A DNA stretch of 35,000 nucleotides, from assembly GCF_004010195.1 (NCBI RefSeq), contig NW_025213664.1, forward strand, positions 1 through 35,000. Direction: 5' to 3'. A program made the translations under genes and the position numbers. The first letter of the stretch is position 1, and each line of letters begins with the position of its first letter. Below the pieces are notes generated by a model, which was not told the origin of the DNA, did no database searches, and worked only from the letters and a program-made list of their open reading frames with translations. Origin of the DNA: Chiloscyllium plagiosum. Lineage: Eukaryota. Below are positions 10,680 to 22,364 of the stretch, in pieces.

Positions 10680-11198
10680 CATGAAAAGATGTTGTGAAAC
10701 TTGAAAGGGTTCAGAAAAGATTTACAAGGATGTTGCCAGGGTTGGAGGATTTGAGCTATAGGGAGAGGCTGAACAGGCTGGGGCTGTTTTCCCTGGAGCG
10801 TCGGAGGCTGAGGGGTGACATTACAGAGGTTTATAATATCACAAGGAGCATGGATAGAGTAAACAGACAAGATCTTTTCCCTTGGCTAGGCGAGTCCAGA
10901 ACTAGTGGGCATAGGTTTACGGTGAGAGGGGAAAGATTTAAAATGGACTTAAAAGGCAACTTTTTCACACAGAGGGTGGTATGTGTATGGAATGAGCTAC
11001 CAATGGAAGTGGTGGAGGCTGGTACAATTGCAACATTTAAAAGGCATCTGGATGGGTATATGGATAGGCAGGGTTTAAAGGATATGGGCCAAATGCTGAC
11101 AAATGGGACTAGATTAGGTTGGGATATCTGGTTGGCCTGGACGAGTTGGACTGAAGGGCGTGTTTCTGTGCTGTACGGCTCTATGACTTTATGACTAT
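10680..11198 (+). mobile_element. young 5'-truncated CR1 LINE
   Basis: Open ORF2 C-terminus LERVQKRFTRMLPGLEDLSYRERLNRLGLFSLERRRLRGD..FFTQRVVCVWNELP plus a CTATGA tail. Confidence 0.95.
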
Positions 11199-11424
11199 AG
11201 GTGGGGAATGGCTCCACCATATGGAAATGCCAATTTGTGTCCACGCTGCTGCCCACCAACTGTTCCATACATGGTAGGTGACCTCTTAATCACACTCAAA
11301 CGTGGTCACCATCTATTTTTGAGGCATTCCATTCATTATAAATAAAACTGCCTAGCATGGGAAGGAACTCAGACAGATGCTAAGTAAAAATATCGGGAGA
11401 TTTGAACTGGGGCACTGTCCGCTC

Positions 11425-11740
11425 CCAAATGCAATATTACTGCCCTATTGTTTCAACACTTCTCAGCGACATACCGAATACCTGCCCTGCTGTCTCCCGT
11501 TATACACTCAGGAGGCTCATTGTCCCATATCTACTCTTCAGTTCAACCTGCCTGGCCACATTGGATGCTCTTTCAAGCATAGAATTCCCCTCAAAGCTGT
11601 GTTTGTGTCTTTAAACAATATTATGACCCCCAACTCCTCTATTATCCTCTTTTCTGTCTTGCTTTTAAACCATGTAAACAGGAACGTCGTTGTGCTGTTG
11701 CTAGAACTACGTTTCAGGAATGACTCTGATATACATTCAG
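11425..11740 (-). mobile_element. degraded CR1 endonuclease-domain fragment
   Basis: Frameshifted minus-strand reading resembles the CR1 APE domain (GVIILFKDT..VELKSRYG..LLSVY..NNRAVI). Confidence 0.5.
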
Positions 11741-12129
11741 GCACTATCTATTGTCACAAGTGATGTTGGAAGAGTTCATTCTCTCTCTCTCTGTAATCCC
11801 ATCACTCCCATGAGTCCCTTTCTAACTGTAAAGGCCTTGCTTAGTTCTCAACTATACTCTGTATTGAAACAAAACCTGCTGGAGACACTCAGCAGCTCTG
11901 ATAGCATCTACGGAGGGAGATAGTCCAACGGTTTCATTGTAGTGTAATTCTTTCTCGCTGTTTCAAACGCACCCCGATTAAAGAAAAATAAAGAATATTT
12001 CCTCAGCGATCACCTTTGAAAATAAAATTCCTTTGGCCAATTCCTTTGTTCTTGAAGAGAAAAATGCTGAAGATATGAAAAGTTCAATATGGCTGTAAGT
12101 CTCCATCCTGACACATGCAATTCAGATAA

Positions 12130-12907
12130 ATGCGAGGATGCTTTCATTTTGGAAAGGCAAATCAGAGCAGGACTTATACACTTCATGGTAAGGTCCTAGG
12201 GAGTGTTGCTGAACAAAGAGACCTTGATGTGCAGGTTCATAGCTCCTTGAAAGCAGGTGGATAGGATAGTGAAGAAGGCGTTTGGTTTGCTTTCCTTTAT
12301 CCGTCAGAGTATTGTGTATCGGAGTTGGGAGGTCATGTTGCGGCTGTACAGGACATTGGTTAGGCCACTGTTGGAATATTCTGGTCTCCTTCCTATCAGA
12401 AAGATGTTGTGAAACTTGAAAGGGTTCAGAAAAGATTTACAAGGATGTTGCCAGAGTTGGAGGATCTGAGCTACAGGGAGAGGTTGAATAGGCTGGGGCT
12501 GGTTTCCCTGGAGTGTCGAAGGCTGAGGGATGACCTTATAGAGGTTTACAAAATCATGATGGGCATGGATAGGATAAATAGACAAAGTCTTTTCCCTGGG
12601 GTCAGGGAGTCCAGAACTAGAGGGGATAGGTTTAGGGTGAGAGGGGAAAGATATAAAAGAGACCTAAGGGACAACTTTTTCACGCAGAGGGTGGTACGTG
12701 TATGGAATGAGCTGCCAGTGGAAGTGGTGGAGGCTGGTACAATTGCAACATTTAAGAGCCATTTGGATGGGTATATGAATAGGAAGGGTTTGGAGGGATA
12801 TGGGCCGGGTGCTGGAAGGTGGGATTAGATTGGATTGGGATATCTGGTCGGCATGGACGGGTTGGACCGAAGGGTCTGTTTCCGTGCTGTACATCTCTAT
12901 GACTCTA
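12130..12907 (+). mobile_element. young 5'-truncated CR1 LINE
   Basis: ORF 12409-12828 is the CR1 ORF2 C-terminus. There is an upstream 'DKCExxxFG' region and the canonical tail. Confidence 0.95.
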
Positions 12908-13029
12908 TGTACACAGGAGTCACTAAACACAAGTTATCATTCAAACACAGTTCAGGTCATACCTCAAACAATATCTAAAACATTGCCATTAACCCAGGCA
13001 TATGACTTCCAATAAACAAGTCTAAACAA

Positions 13030-14132
13030 TTTGTTTAAGCTAGATGACTTCAAAGGAGCCATTAGACAAAGTACCTCACAAAAGGTTAAGTCATAAGATC
13101 AGTCTATGGTGTTGGAGGTAGTATATTAGCATGGATAGAGAATTGGGGAGTGGGCAGGAAACAGGAAGTGGGGATAAGAGGTTCCTTTTCCAGGTTGGCG
13201 ACATGGAACCAGTGAGGTTGCACAGGGGTCAGTGCCGGGATTGTAACTGTTTCCTATAAATTGATGACTTGGAGGAAGGAAGCCTTTGCAGACGACACAA
13301 AAGTAGGTGGAAAGACAAGTTTGGAAGTGGATGCAAACAATTTGCTGTTAGCAAATGGAGTATAATTTAAGAAAATGTGAAGGTGTTCATTTTGGAAGGC
13401 AGAACAAAAGAAAAGAGCATAATTTAATGGGAGAGAAAAAGCAGAAAGTCGCAACACAAAGGGACTTGAGGGTATTTGTGCAGGAAACCGAGGAAGCTAG
13501 CACGCAGCAGGTCATCAGGAATGCTCATCGAATGTTGGCCCTCATTTCAAGGGGGTTGGCGTATAAGAGTACGGAAGTCATATTGCAAATGTATAAGGTG
13601 CTGTCGAGATTATATCTGGAGTACTGGAGCAGGTTTGGCCTCCATATTTAAGGAGAAAGTTCAGAGGCGGTTCACTAGAATAATCCCAGGTGTGGAGGGA
13701 TTGTTTTATGAGCAAAGGCTAAACAGGTTGGGACTCTACTCACTGGGGCTTAGAAGGATGAGAGATGGTCTCATTGAGACACATTGGATTCGTAAGGAGC
13801 TTGACAGGGTCAATGCTGAGAGGATGTTTCCCCTCAGGGGAGAGTCGAGGACCAGAGGGCACAGTCTCGGAATAAAGGGGTACCAATATAAGACTGAGAT
13901 GTGGACGAATTTCTTGTCTCAGAGGGTAGTATGTTGTTGGAACTCCTTGCCATAGAGAGCTGTGGAGATGGAGTCCTCGTCTATAGTTAAGACTGATAGA
14001 TAGATAGATTCTTGAGCAGCTGGGGGGTCAAGGATTACATGAGGAATGTTGGATCAGCCCTGAAGATGTTCAATGGGGGAGCAGCCTCAAAGGGCTGAAC
14101 AGTCTGGGCTAGTTTCTATTTCTTATGGTCTC
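13030..14132 (+). mobile_element. older CR1 LINE, RT region to 3' end
   Basis: DFKGAxDKVPH, FADDTK (TTTGCAGACGACACAAAA), KVQRRFTRIIPG and FLSQRVVCCWNSLP motifs, with frameshifts. Confidence 0.9.
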
Positions 14133-15024
14133 AAAAGTATCTTTAAAGAAAAAGTCCCAATATCTTTATGGTGATGGCTTTAAAAAAAAAACCTCAAGTT
14201 TTGCTTCTCAGTTCTTTTCAAATGAACCATAGTCTGCGATCCTACCTAGGGAATGTTCAAAAGGAATTAACAATAATGCATCTACATAACACTATGCCGT
14301 TAGCTCCTTTTCATTATTAACTCGGCTATCCGTGTGAAATGACACATCACTACACTTATCCAAGCTTCTCTGTTCTTCCAGTTTCTAGCCTTTACTCCCT
14401 TCCCTTTCCACATTTATTTATTCATCTCCTTGATTCCATTTCTAACAGCCTCTCCTCCTTGTGAATCAGGCCCCCGGACAGTTAGTTGAAACCCTCCTCA
14501 GCAGCACCAATAGCTTTTCACTGCTAAAGATAGTCTAATGTTCCCGGGATGATCGCAGAGGAGTGAGCGGTTTTCTGCAGGACCGTGACAAGTTGTGTGC
14601 GGCCCAGTTAGATTTGGCAGTGCATGCCGCGTTACTGGGCTTAAGGGAGTGGAGATGGGTACATACTGGGAGAATGGACAGAGTAAGAGAGAACATCGTG
14701 GGTGGCAATGAACAAACTTTAAATGTTCGAGATTCTCAAAATTATGAGCGCGCCAGATAAAGTAGGCTGCTCCCACTCTTAAATGGAACAAGAATCAGAA
14801 GGTGTTGAGTCAATGCAGTCTGCATTCAGCGCAAATATACAGTGGGAGAAACATGTTAAGGGTATATTGGGGTATAAAATGTACTGCCTGGGAGTGTGGT
14901 GGATGTTCATCTGTGGCATACAATCCTATGAAATTTCTCAGAAATGATTTCCCCTTCATGAAGCCATGGTGACTCTATTAGACCATATCATATGCTTCGA
15001 AACTAAAGAAGTTGAATCTCCCAT

Positions 15025-16110
15025 CAAGATGAAGAAGAAGGCTTATGTTAGGATGAGATGGAAGGGCTCAGTTAGGGCGCTTGTCAGTTACCAGGTAACC
15101 AGGAAAGCCCTAAAGAGAGAGTTAAGAAAAGCCAGGAAGGGACATGAGAGGAGGCAGGGAGGATCAAGGAAAACCCTAAAGCTTTCTATGGGTATATCAG
15201 AATAACTAGAGTAAGATTAGGGCCAATCAAGGATAGCAGTGGGAAGTTGTGCGTGGAGTCTGAGGAGATAGGGGAAGCGCAAAATGAATATTTTTCGTCA
15301 GTATTCACACTGGAAAAACAATGTTGTCAAGCAGAATACTGAAATACAGGCTACTAGACTAAATGGGATCCAGGTGCATAACGAGGAGGTGTGAGCAGTT
15401 CTGATAAGTATGAAAATAGATAAGTCCCCTGGGCCGGATGGGATTTATCCTAGGTTGAAAGTTGCCACCCAGGTCAATAGGGTTGTTAAGAAGTGGTGTG
15501 TTCACTTTTATTGGTAGAGGGATTGAGTTTCAGAGCCATGAGGTCACGCCGCAGTCATACACACTCTGGTGCGTCCGCACTTGGAGTACTGCATGCAGTT
15601 CTGGTCACCACATTTTAGGAAGGATGTGGAAGCTTTGGAAAGGGTGCAGAGGTGATTTACTAGGATGCTGCCTGGTATGGAGGGAAGTTCTTGTGAGGAA
15701 AGGCCGAGGGACATGAAGTTCTTATGAGGAAAGGCCGAGGGACATGTTAGAGAGAAGAGGTGACTTAATTGAGACATGTAAGATAATCAGAGGGTTAGAT
15801 AGGGTAAACAGTTAGGGTCTTTCCTCGGATGGTGATGGCTGGCACAAGGGGACGTAGCTTTAATTTGGAGGGTGATAGGTAATAGGTCAGATATCAGAGG
15901 TAGGTTCTTTACTCAGAGAGTAGAAGGGGCATGGAACACACTGCCTGCAACAGTAGTAGACTTACCAACTTTAAGGGAATTTAAATGGTCATTGGGAAAA
16001 CATATGGGTGATAATGGAATAGTGTAGGATAGGTAGGCTTCAGATTGGTTCCTCAGATCAGCGCAACATTGAGGGCCATTGTACTGCGCTGTAATGTTCT
16101 ATGTTCTATA
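15025..16110 (+). mobile_element. CR1 LINE with RT core internally deleted
   Basis: The tether region (..DKSPGPDGIYPR, ending about 15454) joins directly to the post-RT 'LKVATQV' region. The tail is (TTCTATG)n. Confidence 0.85.
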
Positions 16111-16460
16111 TATATTCTATGTAAACGCTTCCTTTATAAAAGACTCACACATTTTCCCAATAATGGACATTGAGCTAAGAGAGTTATTGTTGTCTGTTCT
16201 TTGTCTCTTGCCCCTCCTCCATTTCTCAGGGACTTTTCTAAACTCAAAGGATTCCTGGATGGTTAAAAACAGTAGACCCACTATTCCTGAAGCTACGTGG
16301 AGTCATAGATGTGGAGGTGCCAGTGGTACACCCATACGCACACCCTCTCACAGGCATATACTCTATCAGGAGGGAGTGAGAACTGCAGATGCTGGAGATC
16401 ACAGCTGAAAAATATGTTGCTGGAAAAGCGCAGCAGGTCAGGCAGCATCAAATGAGCAGG

Positions 16461-16500
16461 AGAATCGACGTTTCGGACATAAGCCCTTCTTCAGGAATGC
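16461..16500 (-). ncRNA. putative minimal type I hammerhead ribozyme, copy A
   Basis: Minus strand: gcattc-CTGAAGA-A-GGGC-ttat-GTCC-GAAAC-GTC-gattct. The core is intact, helix III is the palindrome ACGU, and helix I is weak. Confidence 0.55.
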
Positions 16501-16764
16501 ACTCACACTCCATTGCACTCACACACACACCCTCTCACAGGCATATACTCCATCTACTCACACACACCCTCTCACAGTCATATACTCCATCACACTCTCA
16601 CACACACCCTCTCACAGGCATATACTCCATCACACTCACACACACACCCTCTCACAGGCATATACTCTATCAGGAGGGAGTGAGAACTGCAGATGCTGGA
16701 GATCACAGCTGAAAAATATGTTGCTGGAAAAGCGCAGCAGGTCAGGCAGCATCAAATGAGCAGG

Positions 16765-16804
16765 AGAATCGACGTTTCGGACATAAGCCCTTCTTCAGGA
16801 ATGC
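16765..16804 (-). ncRNA. putative minimal type I hammerhead ribozyme, copy B
   Basis: Identical to 16461-16500, 304 bp away. Confidence 0.55.
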
Positions 16805-17489
16805 ACTCACACTCCATTGCACTCACACACACACTTTATGAAGTTTGCGCACACGCAAACACACACTCTCTTATGTGCGCTCGCAGTCACACACACACAC
16901 ATGCACACAGTCACTATCTCTATCTCTTTCTCTCTCATGCATGTGCGCACACATATAAATCAATGGGGTGAATTTGTATATTCAGAATTATATTTGCAGG
17001 TACTTCTGTTTTGCTCAAAAAGTGCACAATCTGCAGGCAGTCAATGCAGGCAGTCAATCCATGTAATATTTTGTAAAATCCACTTTGGAAATAGAAGTAG
17101 TCTGACTCAAAATTGGCATACAGACAGACGCTAACCTCACACCTTTAATGCATTTTCTAACTGAGGTGTCACTTTTTTTTAATAAAACCTAAAGTTATCT
17201 CAAGAGCGTGACTTAAAATAAGTTCGGGGATTTACATACTAATGAACTGAAACCTCCAACCCATTCTAAAAGATGAAAGGCTAAACAATAATTTAGGTTT
17301 GTTCAATATGTCATCGAGATTATACTGGAACTGTCTAAAATCTTTTGTGTGTCTGTATCAGAGAATTAACTGTAATCTTTTGCTATAAATTCTGTGTCTT
17401 ATGGTCCTATTCTACAGCTACATGATGAAGGAGTAGTGCTTTGAAAGCTAATGCTTCCAAATAAACCTGTTGTTTTGTGAGTTATAACT

Positions 17490-18760
17490 GGGTTTTATTA
17501 AGAGGAGGTCATGTCTGACCAGCTTGATTGAATTTTTTGAAGCGGTGACCATCATCATTGTGTAGATGAGATCAGTGCTTTTGAAAAAGTCCATTTGTAC
17601 TTTAGCATGCTGTTTATAAGGTCCTAATTGGGAGACTGTTAGCAGAGATAAAGCCATGAGATCCAAGCAAATTTGGAAAATTAGATCCTAATTGACTGAG
17701 AAGCAGGAAGTGGAGGGTGATGGTTGAGGAATGCTTTTCTGACTGAAAGTCTGTGTTCAACATCCGGCAGGTATCAGTGTCAGAACCCATCTGTTTTTGG
17801 TTTACAAAAATGAATCAGACTTGAATGCAGGTCAGTTGATCAGTAGCTTTGCAGATAATACAATATTTGGTGAGTGGTAAACAATGAGGAGGATAGCCTT
17901 AGAGTACAAGAAGATATAGACAGGCTAGTCAGATGGGTTGAATCGTGACAAATGGAATTTGAACCATATAAATGTGCAATGATGAGCTTTGGCAGGAGAA
18001 AGAAAGCAAGTGAATCCATGAGGATCTTGGAAAGCACAAAAATCTGAGGGACCTTGATGTGCACATACATCAGTTTCTTAAGATATCAATTTAGATAGAT
18101 AGATAAAGTTGTTAACAGACATATGGCACACTTATCTTTATTAGTTGAGGCTTAGAGTTTCAGAGCATCGAGATTATACTGGAACTGTCTAAAATATTAA
18201 GTAGGCCACAGCCAAAGTATTGTGTGTAGTTATGGAATCCAGTTTGTAGGAGGAATGTGATAACACCGGAGAGGATGCACAGGAGATTTAACTGGATGTT
18301 GCCTGTGCTGGAAAGTTTCAGTGATAAAAGAAGATTGGATAGACTTGGATTATTTCCTTCTGGCAAAGGCAATTGAGAGGAGGTATGATTGAGAAGCAAC
18401 AAATTATGAGGGGCATAAATAAGATATAAAGAGGAAGACATTTTTCCTCTTGATAGAGGGATCATGAAGAGGGGACACAAATTTAAGGAAAGGGTAAGAA
18501 GATTTAGAGGAGATGTGAGAAAAACCTCTTTCACCCAGAGAGTGGTGGGAATTGAACTCACTACCTGTAAGGGTGGTAGAGGTTGGAACCCTTATAACTT
18601 ACATGAAGTATTTAGATGCGTACTTGTGAAACCAAGGCATTCAAGACTATGGACCAAGTGCTGGAAAATGGGATTAGAATAGTTAGGTGGTTGTTTTAGA
18701 CCGGCATGAACACAATGGAACAAAGAGCCTTTTTCTGTGCTGTAGATGTTTATGACTCTA
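17490..18760 (+). mobile_element. degraded CR1 LINE, RT region to 3' end
   Basis: RSCLTSLIEFFEAVT, FADN, and RGHKFKERVRRFRGDVRKTSFTQRVV motifs plus a tail. Confidence 0.9.
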
Positions 18761-19688
18761 TAATAAGGCAGTACAAGGATAGACAGCTAAAGTTGTAAAC
18801 CCAAAATTGGGGTCAATATCTGCTCACAGCTTTCAGATAAATTCCTATTTCTATTTTTCCCTCTAAGAAACCTGAAGGCAGGGTGAACTGCTGGGGCAGA
18901 AAGGTGGATGGCCTGCAGAGAACATAAAAACAAAGTGATTGGAAGAAGAACTAGAGGCAAGTTGTACAAAGTGATTTTTTTAATGCATTGAGTGCAGTCA
19001 AAACAGAATCAATATCAATTCTCAAGAGCAATTTGATAAATATTTGAATGCGAAGGTCAAAGGATTTAATCTCATGGGATTAACTGGAGAAGGCTACCAA
19101 AAAGATGACAGAACTACAATGGACCTAATGGTCTTTCTCTGTGCTGATGAGTTTTAATTAACTGTCTTTTGAGCATAAGCCTTAAAAAAGACTTACTTAT
19201 GTTGGAGACCCTCTCACAGGCATACATTTCATCACACTCACACACACACACCCTCTCACAGGCATACACTCCATCACACTCACACACATCTCTCTCACAG
19301 GCATATACTCCATCACACTCACACACACACCCTCTCACAGGCATATTCTCCATCACACTAATGTAAACACTCTGTTAAACAGACACACACACTCTGTGCC
19401 TCTTTCCGTCTGACACACGCTCACACATGCACACACGCTCTCACTTTCTCTCTCCCTCACACACATGCGCACAGACGCATAAGTCTATGGTGCATTTGCA
19501 GAGTTGTTTTTGCAGATGTCTTCTATTTTGTTCAAAAAGCACATAACCTGCAGGCAGCCAGTCCGTGTGACATTTTATCAATCCATGCTTTGGAGATCGG
19601 AATGGTCTGACTCAAGGTTGGGATACAGAGAGACTCTAACCTCTCGTCTTTAATGCATCGTTTCAGTTGAGATGCCACTTTTTTTTAT

Positions 19689-19890
19689 GGTTTGGCGATG
19701 CCGGTGTTGGACTGGGGTGTACAAAGTGAAAAATCACACAACACCAGGTTATAGTCCAACAGGTTTAATTGGAAGCACACTAGCTTTCAGAGCGCTGCTC
19801 CTTCATCAGGTGGTAGTGGAGTGTCGCTCCAAAAGCTAGTGTGCTTCCAATTAAACCTGTTGGACTATAATCTGGTGTTGTGTGATTTTT
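19689..19890. mobile_element. Penelope-derived fold-back element, third family, with perfect 13-bp TSD
   Basis: Near-perfect inverted arms of about 70 bp (AAAGTGAAAAATCACACAACACCAG..CTAGCTTT and its reverse complement). CACTTTTTTTTAT occurs at 19676-19688 and 19891-19903. The empty site is visible in copy 1 near 17170. Confidence 0.85.
19776..19816 (-). ncRNA. putative minimal hammerhead ribozyme, CUA cleavage triplet
   Basis: Minus strand: cac-CTGATGA-A-GGAGC-agc-GCTCT-GAAAG-CTA-gtg. Helix I is 3 bp (cac/gtg) and helix III is the palindrome AGCU. Confidence 0.55.
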
Positions 19891-20180
19891 CACTTTTTTT
19901 TATAAAACCTTAAAATATCTTGGGAATGTGACTTGAAGTTCTGGGATTTACATATTAATGAACGGAACCCTGTGACCCATTCTAAACGATGAAAGACTTA
20001 ACAGCAATCTAGGTTTGTTCAATACATCGCATCAGTTGTGTGACACTATGATGTTTTGCTGTAAATTCCGAGACCTATGATCCTGTACCATTAGCTACCT
20101 GCTGAATGAACAGTGCTCCGAAAGCTAGTGCTTCCAAATTATCCTGTTGGACTATCACCTGGTGTTGTGTGACTTTTAAC

Positions 20181-20490
20181 AGAGTCATAGATACATGGAG
20201 ATGTACAGCGTGAAAACAGACCCTTCAGTCCAAACTGTCCATGCCGGCCAGATAGCCTCAATAAATCTAGTCCCATTTGCCAGCACTTGGCCCATATCCC
20301 TCTAAACTATTCCTATTCATATACCCATCCAGATGCCTTTTAATTGTAATTGTACCAGCCTCCACTATTTCCTCTGGCAGCTCATGGCATACACGCACCA
20401 CCCTCTGCATGAAAATGTTGCCTCTTGAATTGTTTTTAAACTTTCCCCTCTCACCTTTAACCGATGCCCACTAGTTTTGGGAAAAGGATC
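20181..20490 (-). mobile_element. CR1 3' end
   Basis: Reverse complement of the young CR1 tail and 'RVVRVxxELPEE' region. Confidence 0.9.
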
Positions 20491-21194
20491 TTGGCTGTCT
20501 TTGTTACAGGTCCTCATTATCTTCTGATTTATTCTCTGCCCTATTCCTTACCCACGATTCGGGGGCCTATAGACATCTCCCACTGGTGTCTTCTCCCTTT
20601 TATTTGTTTCTTACCTCCTCTCACATGGACAGTCCATCTTCCAACTGAAGGTCATTTCTTGTTATCGTACTAACAATGCTATCCCACATCTGACATGTCC
20701 TTTTGAAAAGTCACACACCCCTGACCTTCTTCTACTTCAACTCCAGAATGGTTATGACGTCATATCCATTACTACTATCTGAGCAATTCATTCATTGATT
20801 TTGTTCTGAAATCTATGTGCGAGAACACGTCATTAATCTTGCCCTTTTAAGATTTGGTTACCCCTTTCACCTAATGTGCTGTTATTTTTACACTCATCCC
20901 TTCCTGTCCCACTCCAGGAATCATTGCCCTCATTATAGCACCACTTTATCCTCTTGCTTTGTAAGCCTACATCTCTCCTCCTCCAAAACGCTCTCCCCTC
21001 TAATTAATTTCAAGCTGTCTGACTGTAGTTATTTGATTTTCCAGGACACTGGTCTCAGCACAGTTCAGATCAAACCCAACCAACCAGGGCAGCTCCCCTC
21101 GAGCTCAATGGCCTACTGCTGTTCCTATGCACTTCTTGGCCTGTACAGACACAATGGGCCAAATGGTCTCTGTCTATACTGTCCATTTTATAGT

Positions 21195-21545
21195 ATCATC
21201 GAATCCTTACAGTGCGGAGACAGGCCAGTTGGCCCAACAAGTCCACACCGACCCTTAGAAGAGTATCCCACCCAGACCATTCCCCTACCCTATTACTCTA
21301 TATTTACTCCTGACTAATGCAGCTAACCTACACATCCCTGAAAACTACGGGCAATTTAGCATGGCCAATTCACCTGACCTGCACATCTTTGGACTGTGGG
21401 AGGAAACCGGAGCACCCAGAGGAAACCCACGCAGACACGGGGAGAATGTGCAAACTCCACACAGACAGTCATCCGAGGCTGGCATCGAACCCGGGTCCCT
21501 GGCGCTGTGAGGCAGCAGTGCCAATCACTGAGCCACCGTGCTGCC
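21195..21545 (-). mobile_element. near full-length HE1-like V-SINE
   Basis: Minus strand begins GGCAGCACGGTGGCTCAGTGATTGG (A box) and GGGTTCGATGCC (B box), followed by the V-domain and a CR1-like tail. Confidence 0.9.
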
Positions 21546-21867
21546 TCTAATTTTGATGACTGCCTGGCTCTTTGACCTGTAAAAGGTCTCTGCTTTGCTC
21601 ACCCACCAGAGACAATAATCGTCAGAAACTGTTGGTAAACCGATAGCCTCCTTTTCTCCCTTTAACAATGGCAATGCTCTCTTCACAAACTCTCTCCATA
21701 CCTTCATCAGCTCCCCACTCAAACTGGAGGGAGTTTTAATTCCAATTCAAAAGGGGGTTTTCTTCCATCTCTGTAGCCCTCTTTGCCACTTTTGGATTCA
21801 AAATCTGTAAATATTTATCTTAAACATACTCAAAACTTCACAGCTCTCTCTCAGCTAACAAATGATC

Positions 21868-22335
21868 AAGGAATAAAAGTAGGCCATTCGGTCCTTCAAG
21901 CCTGCCCCACCCTTCAATAGGGTCATGGCTGACCTGGTTTTAACCTTTATTATAAATTTCTGCGTATCCCCAAATATCTTTCATCCCTTGGTCATCAAGA
22001 ACTTAGCTCTCTCTTACTTAAGTATATACTGTCTTTTGAGAAAAGGAATTCTAAAGACTGTGAAAGAAAAAAAAATCCTCATTTCTGTTTGAAATGGGCG
22101 GCCTCTTATTTTTAAAATGTGACCTCTATTCCTACATTCTTCCACCAGAGGAACCATTCTTTCAACATCCACCCGGTCAAGCCCCCTCAGGATCTTATTT
22201 GTTTCAACTAAGTGACCTCTGACTCTTCTAAACATCAGAAGATGCAGGCCAACCCTTTCCTCATAAGGCAATCTACTCACTCCAGATATAAGTCTAGTAA
22301 ACTTTCTCTGAAATGCTTCCAATGTATTCACAAGC
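21868..22335 (-). mobile_element. CR1 3' fragment
   Basis: Minus ORF LEAFQRKFTRLISG..RRVRGHLVETNKILRGLDRVD plus a tail. Confidence 0.85.
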
Positions 22336-22364
22336 TTCCACAGAAGATTTGTATAATCAATAAT

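Larger units (their letters stand above)
16339..16832. repeat. direct duplication of about 190 identical bp at 304-bp spacing, containing a PLE half-element
   Basis: 16339-16530 is repeated at 16643-16832. The ORFs at 16389 and 16693 start identically. Confidence 0.9.
16337..17490 (+). mobile_element. Penelope-type 3' region (CA-rich minisatellite, about 550-bp body, degenerate hammerhead-bearing end), copy 1
   Basis: Colinear with 19205-20180. It ends ATGATGAAGGAGTAGTGCTTTGAAAGCTA..CTTCCAAATAAACCTGTTG, related to the arms at 19689-19890. Confidence 0.7.
19205..20180 (+). mobile_element. Penelope-type 3' region, copy 2, with a nested fold-back element
   Basis: Same CACCCTCTCACAGGCATATACTCCATCACACT minisatellite and body as copy 1. 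It ends GCTCCGAAAGCTAGTGCTTCCAA..CCTGGTGTTGTGTGACTTTTAAC. Confidence 0.7.

Noticed and set aside
21470..21545. tRNA gene
   Set aside because: The A and B boxes belong to the SINE head and are followed directly by the V-domain.
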